Of a stretch of 64,000 nt of DNA, positions 60,798 through 64,000 are shown one piece after another. The translations under genes and the position numbers were made by a program. Below the pieces are notes generated by a model, which worked only from the letters and a program-made list of their open reading frames with translations, searched no databases and was not told the origin of the DNA. Within the stretch, counting starts at the first letter, position 1. Each line of letters opens with the position of its first letter. Origin of the DNA: a bacterium (GTDB taxonomy: Bacteria > SAR324 > NAC60-12); contig OZ242383.1 in assembly GCA_965209155.1 (NCBI GenBank), forward strand, positions 1,504,001 to 1,568,000, read 5' to 3'.

Positions 60798-60897
60798 CAG
60801 GCTCCTGGAAGCACTTGTGGACCGGGCATTACTGCCCGCTCCACTCCAGGATACCCCACGTTTTCCCACCAATTTCAAAAATGATGAGGTCCGTCCC

Positions 60898-61854
60898 ATG
60901 AATGCCTATCTCGTCAGGAGGTTTTTGCTGATCCTCCCCACGCTGTTCATCTTGAGCATCCTGGTCTTTATCTCGGTACGCTTCATCCCCGGAGACGTCA
61001 TCGACATCATGGCCAACCGTATGTTGTCTGGCGGCGGCGAAGTTGACCGTGAAGCTCTTGAGCGTAAGCTTGGATTAGACGTGCCTGTCCACGTGCAGTA
61101 TGCACGCTGGATAGGAGACATTTTCCTGCACGGCACCTTGGGCACCTCCCTGTATGGCGATTGGACCGTGGAGGAGCGGATATTGGATCGATTATCAGTC
61201 ACCATCGAGCTTGGCATCATGGCCATCGTAATCGGGGTGCTGATAGCGCTGCCCGTCGGCATTTACTCGGCAATTCGCCAGGATACCGCCGCTGACTATG
61301 TGGGGCGCTCTATTGCCATCATCGGCCTGGCAACGCCCAACTTCTGGCTCGCACTGATGGTGATGATCTACCCGGCCATCTGGTGGGGTTGGTCGCCCCC
61401 GATGGAGCTGATTCCTTTCAGCGAAGACCCGCTGGGGAATCTCGGGATGTTCATCATTCCCAGCCTGATTTTGGGGACGGCCTCGACGGCTGCGACCATG
61501 CGGATGACTCGCACCATGATGCTGGAGGTGCTCCGGCAAGACTATATCCGCACCGCCTGGTCCAAGGGACTCAGGGAGCGGGTCGTGATTATCCGGCACA
61601 CCATTAAAAATGCCCTCATCCCGGTGGTCTCCCTGATCGGCCTGCAGTTGCCTCTGCTGGTAGGCGGCGCCGTGATCATGGAGAATATCTTCAACCTGCC
61701 GGGGATCGGTCGCCTCTTGCTGGATGCCCTCGAAGTCAGAGACTACCCGGTGGTCTCCGGAGTGAACCTGTTTTTCGCCGCCGGGGTGGTGCTGTTCAAT
61801 CTCCTGATTGACTTGATTTATCCCTTTTTGGACCCGAGGGTGAGGTATGAGTGA
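60898..61854 (+). CDS. ABC permease, DppB-like (unit 3)
   Basis: MNAYLVRRFLL start; close paralogue of 48664..49665. Confidence 0.9.
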   Translation: MNAYLVRRFLLILPTLFILSILVFISVRFIPGDVIDIMANRMLSGGGEVDREALERKLGLDVPVHVQYARWIGDIFLHGTLGTSLYGDWTVEERILDRLSVTIELGIMAIVIGVLIALPVGIYSAIRQDTAADYVGRSIAIIGLATPNFWLALMVMIYPAIWWGWSPPMELIPFSEDPLGNLGMFIIPSLILGTASTAATMRMTRTMMLEVLRQDYIRTAWSKGLRERVVIIRHTIKNALIPVVSLIGLQLPLLVGGAVIMENIFNLPGIGRLLLDALEVRDYPVVSGVNLFFAAGVVLFNLLIDLIYPFLDPRVRYE

Positions 61855-62782
61855 ACCCAAGCGACGGGGCCGGCTGGCTGCATTCTTTATCAGGCTTCTC
61901 AGGGAGAAGCCACTGGGGACGGCCTGCGGGATGATCCTATTGATCTTGATTCTGGTGGCGATCTTCGCCGATACTCTGGCTCCTTATGGCTATATGGAAA
62001 TACACCTGGTAGACAGGATGCAGGGAGCATCCGCCCGGTATCTGCTGGGGACCGACTACGTGGGGCGAGACTTATTGAGCCGCTTGATCCACGGAGCTCG
62101 TCTTTCGTTAACGGTCGGTCTGGCAGCGACTGCGCTTAATGTGGTGGTCGCTGTCCTGATCGGCGGCATTTCCGGATTTTTGGGAGGGAAATGGGACCTG
62201 GTGGTGCAGCGCTTCGTCGATGCCTGGATGGCTTTCCCGGGACTGCTGCTCTTGTTGACGATCATGTCCATCGTGGGACGGGGTGTTTTCCAGATCATCG
62301 TGGTGCTGGGGATTGCCGGCGGCATCGTCAGCTCAAGAGTCGTCAGAGGTGCCGTGATTGACATCAAAGAAAATGACTATTTTCAGGCAGCCAAAGCCGT
62401 GGGCACCCCCACAGCCCAAATCCTGGTTCGCCATGTGCTTCCCAATATTATGGCGCCCCTCATCATCATCTTCTCCATCAACATCGGGGGGGTGATTATG
62501 TCTGAAGCGTCGCTGAGCTTCCTGGGATTCGGTCTGCCCGTCGACTTTCCCAGCTGGGGAGGGATGCTCAGCCGGGAAGGGCGCAAATACATGGAGGCGG
62601 CGCCTTGGTTAGCGCTCTGGCCGGGGCTTTGTCTGACGATTGTCGTTTACTCCCTCAACATGTTCGGCGATGCGGTGAGAGACCTGCTCGATCCCCGACT
62701 GCGGGGCGGACAGGGCAGTTTCGGCGCTGCAAAGAAACGCAAACGAGGATTCCTGGCCCGACTGATCAACCCTTTCAATTGA
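61847..62782 (+). CDS. ABC permease, DppC-like (unit 3)
   Basis: Close paralogue of 49658..50596. Confidence 0.9.
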   Translation: MSEPKRRGRLAAFFIRLLREKPLGTACGMILLILILVAIFADTLAPYGYMEIHLVDRMQGASARYLLGTDYVGRDLLSRLIHGARLSLTVGLAATALNVVVAVLIGGISGFLGGKWDLVVQRFVDAWMAFPGLLLLLTIMSIVGRGVFQIIVVLGIAGGIVSSRVVRGAVIDIKENDYFQAAKAVGTPTAQILVRHVLPNIMAPLIIIFSINIGGVIMSEASLSFLGFGLPVDFPSWGGMLSREGRKYMEAAPWLALWPGLCLTIVVYSLNMFGDAVRDLLDPRLRGGQGSFGAAKKRKRGFLARLINPFN

Positions 62783-63107
62783 TAAGCGCGCTAAAAAATT
62801 GTAAAAATACCCGCTTGCTGATGGGAAGTCATGGCAAATACTCCGTCTTCACGATTTTTATCCTGATCATTTATCCCTTCTAGAGCGCCTGACCAGGAAA
62901 TCCGTGTTGGACTCTTGACAAAGTTGTCGTGATATGATCTGCTTACTGTTCATTTCTGGAATGATGTGTTATCTTTGGATGTATCAAAACCCAAATTGGA
63001 ACAAAATCGCTCATCACCCAACCGTGCGCAAATTCCCGACTGCTCCCCAGCGTGCATGTCAGTGGCATAATTGGGGTAGATGAGACTGAAAATCAATTGA
63101 GGAAACC

Positions 63108-64000
63108 ATGACCACAACCGAACTGTTCGCCCGCCGCGAACGACTACTGGGAGCCGGAGCCCCCCTTTTCTATAAAGAACCCGTCAACATCGTCCGTGGA
63201 GAAGGCGTCTGGCTCTTCGATGCCGACGGGCGTCGCTACCTTGACATGTATAACAATGTACCTTGCGTGGGTCACTGCCACCCTCACGTGGTCGAGGCGA
63301 TGCGCAAGCAGGCGAGTACGCTGAACGTTCACAGCCGCTATCTCCATGAAGGCGTATTGGACTACGCCGAACGCCTGACCAATCTCCATGCCGATTCCAT
63401 AACGAGTGTGGTCTTCACCTGCACCGGCACGGAGGCGAATGAAGTGGCCCTCAATATGGCCCGCACGGCGACTGGTGGTCGGGGCATCATCTGCACCAAC
63501 GCAGCCTATCATGGCAATAGCGCTGAAGTGGGGAAACTGACTCGCGTGTCACATAATGCGGGGGCGCCAGACGACGCGGTTTGGGCCATTCCATTTCCAC
63601 AGCAATATCGCCCGCTCAAAGAGGGTACAGCGCCTGCTGAGTTGACGGAACTCTACCTGGCCGAAGTCCAGGCAGCGATCGACGGGTTCAATGCGAGGGG
63701 CATTCCCCTGGCCGGTATGTTGGTCTGTTCTATCCTGGCAAACGAAGGGTTGCCGGACCTTCCTCCAAACTTTATGCCACTGGCGGCTGAGATGGTACGT
63801 AAGGCGGGGGGTGTGTTCATTGCCGATGAAGTCCAGGCCGGCTTCTGTCGCAGCGGTCAGTGGTGGGGCTATGAGGTGACGGACTTCGTTCCGGACATCG
63901 TCGTTATGGGCAAGCCCATGGGGAACGGTATGCCGCTGGCCGGTGTTGCCGCAACCAAGGAATTGGTGGATATTTTCCGCCGGCAGAAACGCTACTTTAA
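63108..64000 (+). CDS. Class III PLP aminotransferase, runs off the window
   Basis: MTTTELFARRERLLG...IVRGEGVWLFDADGRRYLDMYNNVPCVGH...CTGTEANE...AYHG...IADEVQAGF...MGKPMGNG; absent from the ORF track. Confidence 0.88.
   Translation, partial: MTTTELFARRERLLGAGAPLFYKEPVNIVRGEGVWLFDADGRRYLDMYNNVPCVGHCHPHVVEAMRKQASTLNVHSRYLHEGVLDYAERLTNLHADSITSVVFTCTGTEANEVALNMARTATGGRGIICTNAAYHGNSAEVGKLTRVSHNAGAPDDAVWAIPFPQQYRPLKEGTAPAELTELYLAEVQAAIDGFNARGIPLAGMLVCSILANEGLPDLPPNFMPLAAEMVRKAGGVFIADEVQAGFCRSGQWWGYEVTDFVPDIVVMGKPMGNGMPLAGVAATKELVDIFRRQKRYF

Overview
Bacterial chromosomal window with three zones. No tools were used, so family calls rest on motifs and gene context. (1) About 0.3-24.9 kb is a defence island: Hachiman (hamAB), an ISKra4-type IS, a type I R-M system (hsdR-S-M), a stand-alone UvrD-like helicase, a decayed Phd/ParE pair and a complete SspABCD-SspE phosphorothioation system. 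The divergent sspA/sspBCD genes share two overlapping promoter-like sequences whose spacers both contain the same T11 tract. (2) About 25-38.6 kb is mostly housekeeping: mpg, sulfur carrier plus cysM, an N-terminally extended RadC, rlmE, kdsD, mpl, a GlmU-like protein, mutS and hemJ. It contains a transposase-less 1410-bp element with perfect terminal inverted repeats and an 8-bp target duplication that carries a Uma2 nuclease gene. (3) About 38.7-64 kb is a repeated array of family-5 ABC substrate-binding protein plus two permeases (3 intact units, 2 remnants, no ATPase gene in the window). The units are interleaved with toxin-antitoxin modules, IS remnants and one attC-like site. Two units share a duplicated ~1.1-1.3 kb leader with promoter-like sequences and covarying RNA-like structures, one resembling an unassigned terminator/antiterminator switch. 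The most promising candidates for novelty are the leader RNA, the Uma2 element and the possibly phase-variable Ssp promoter.
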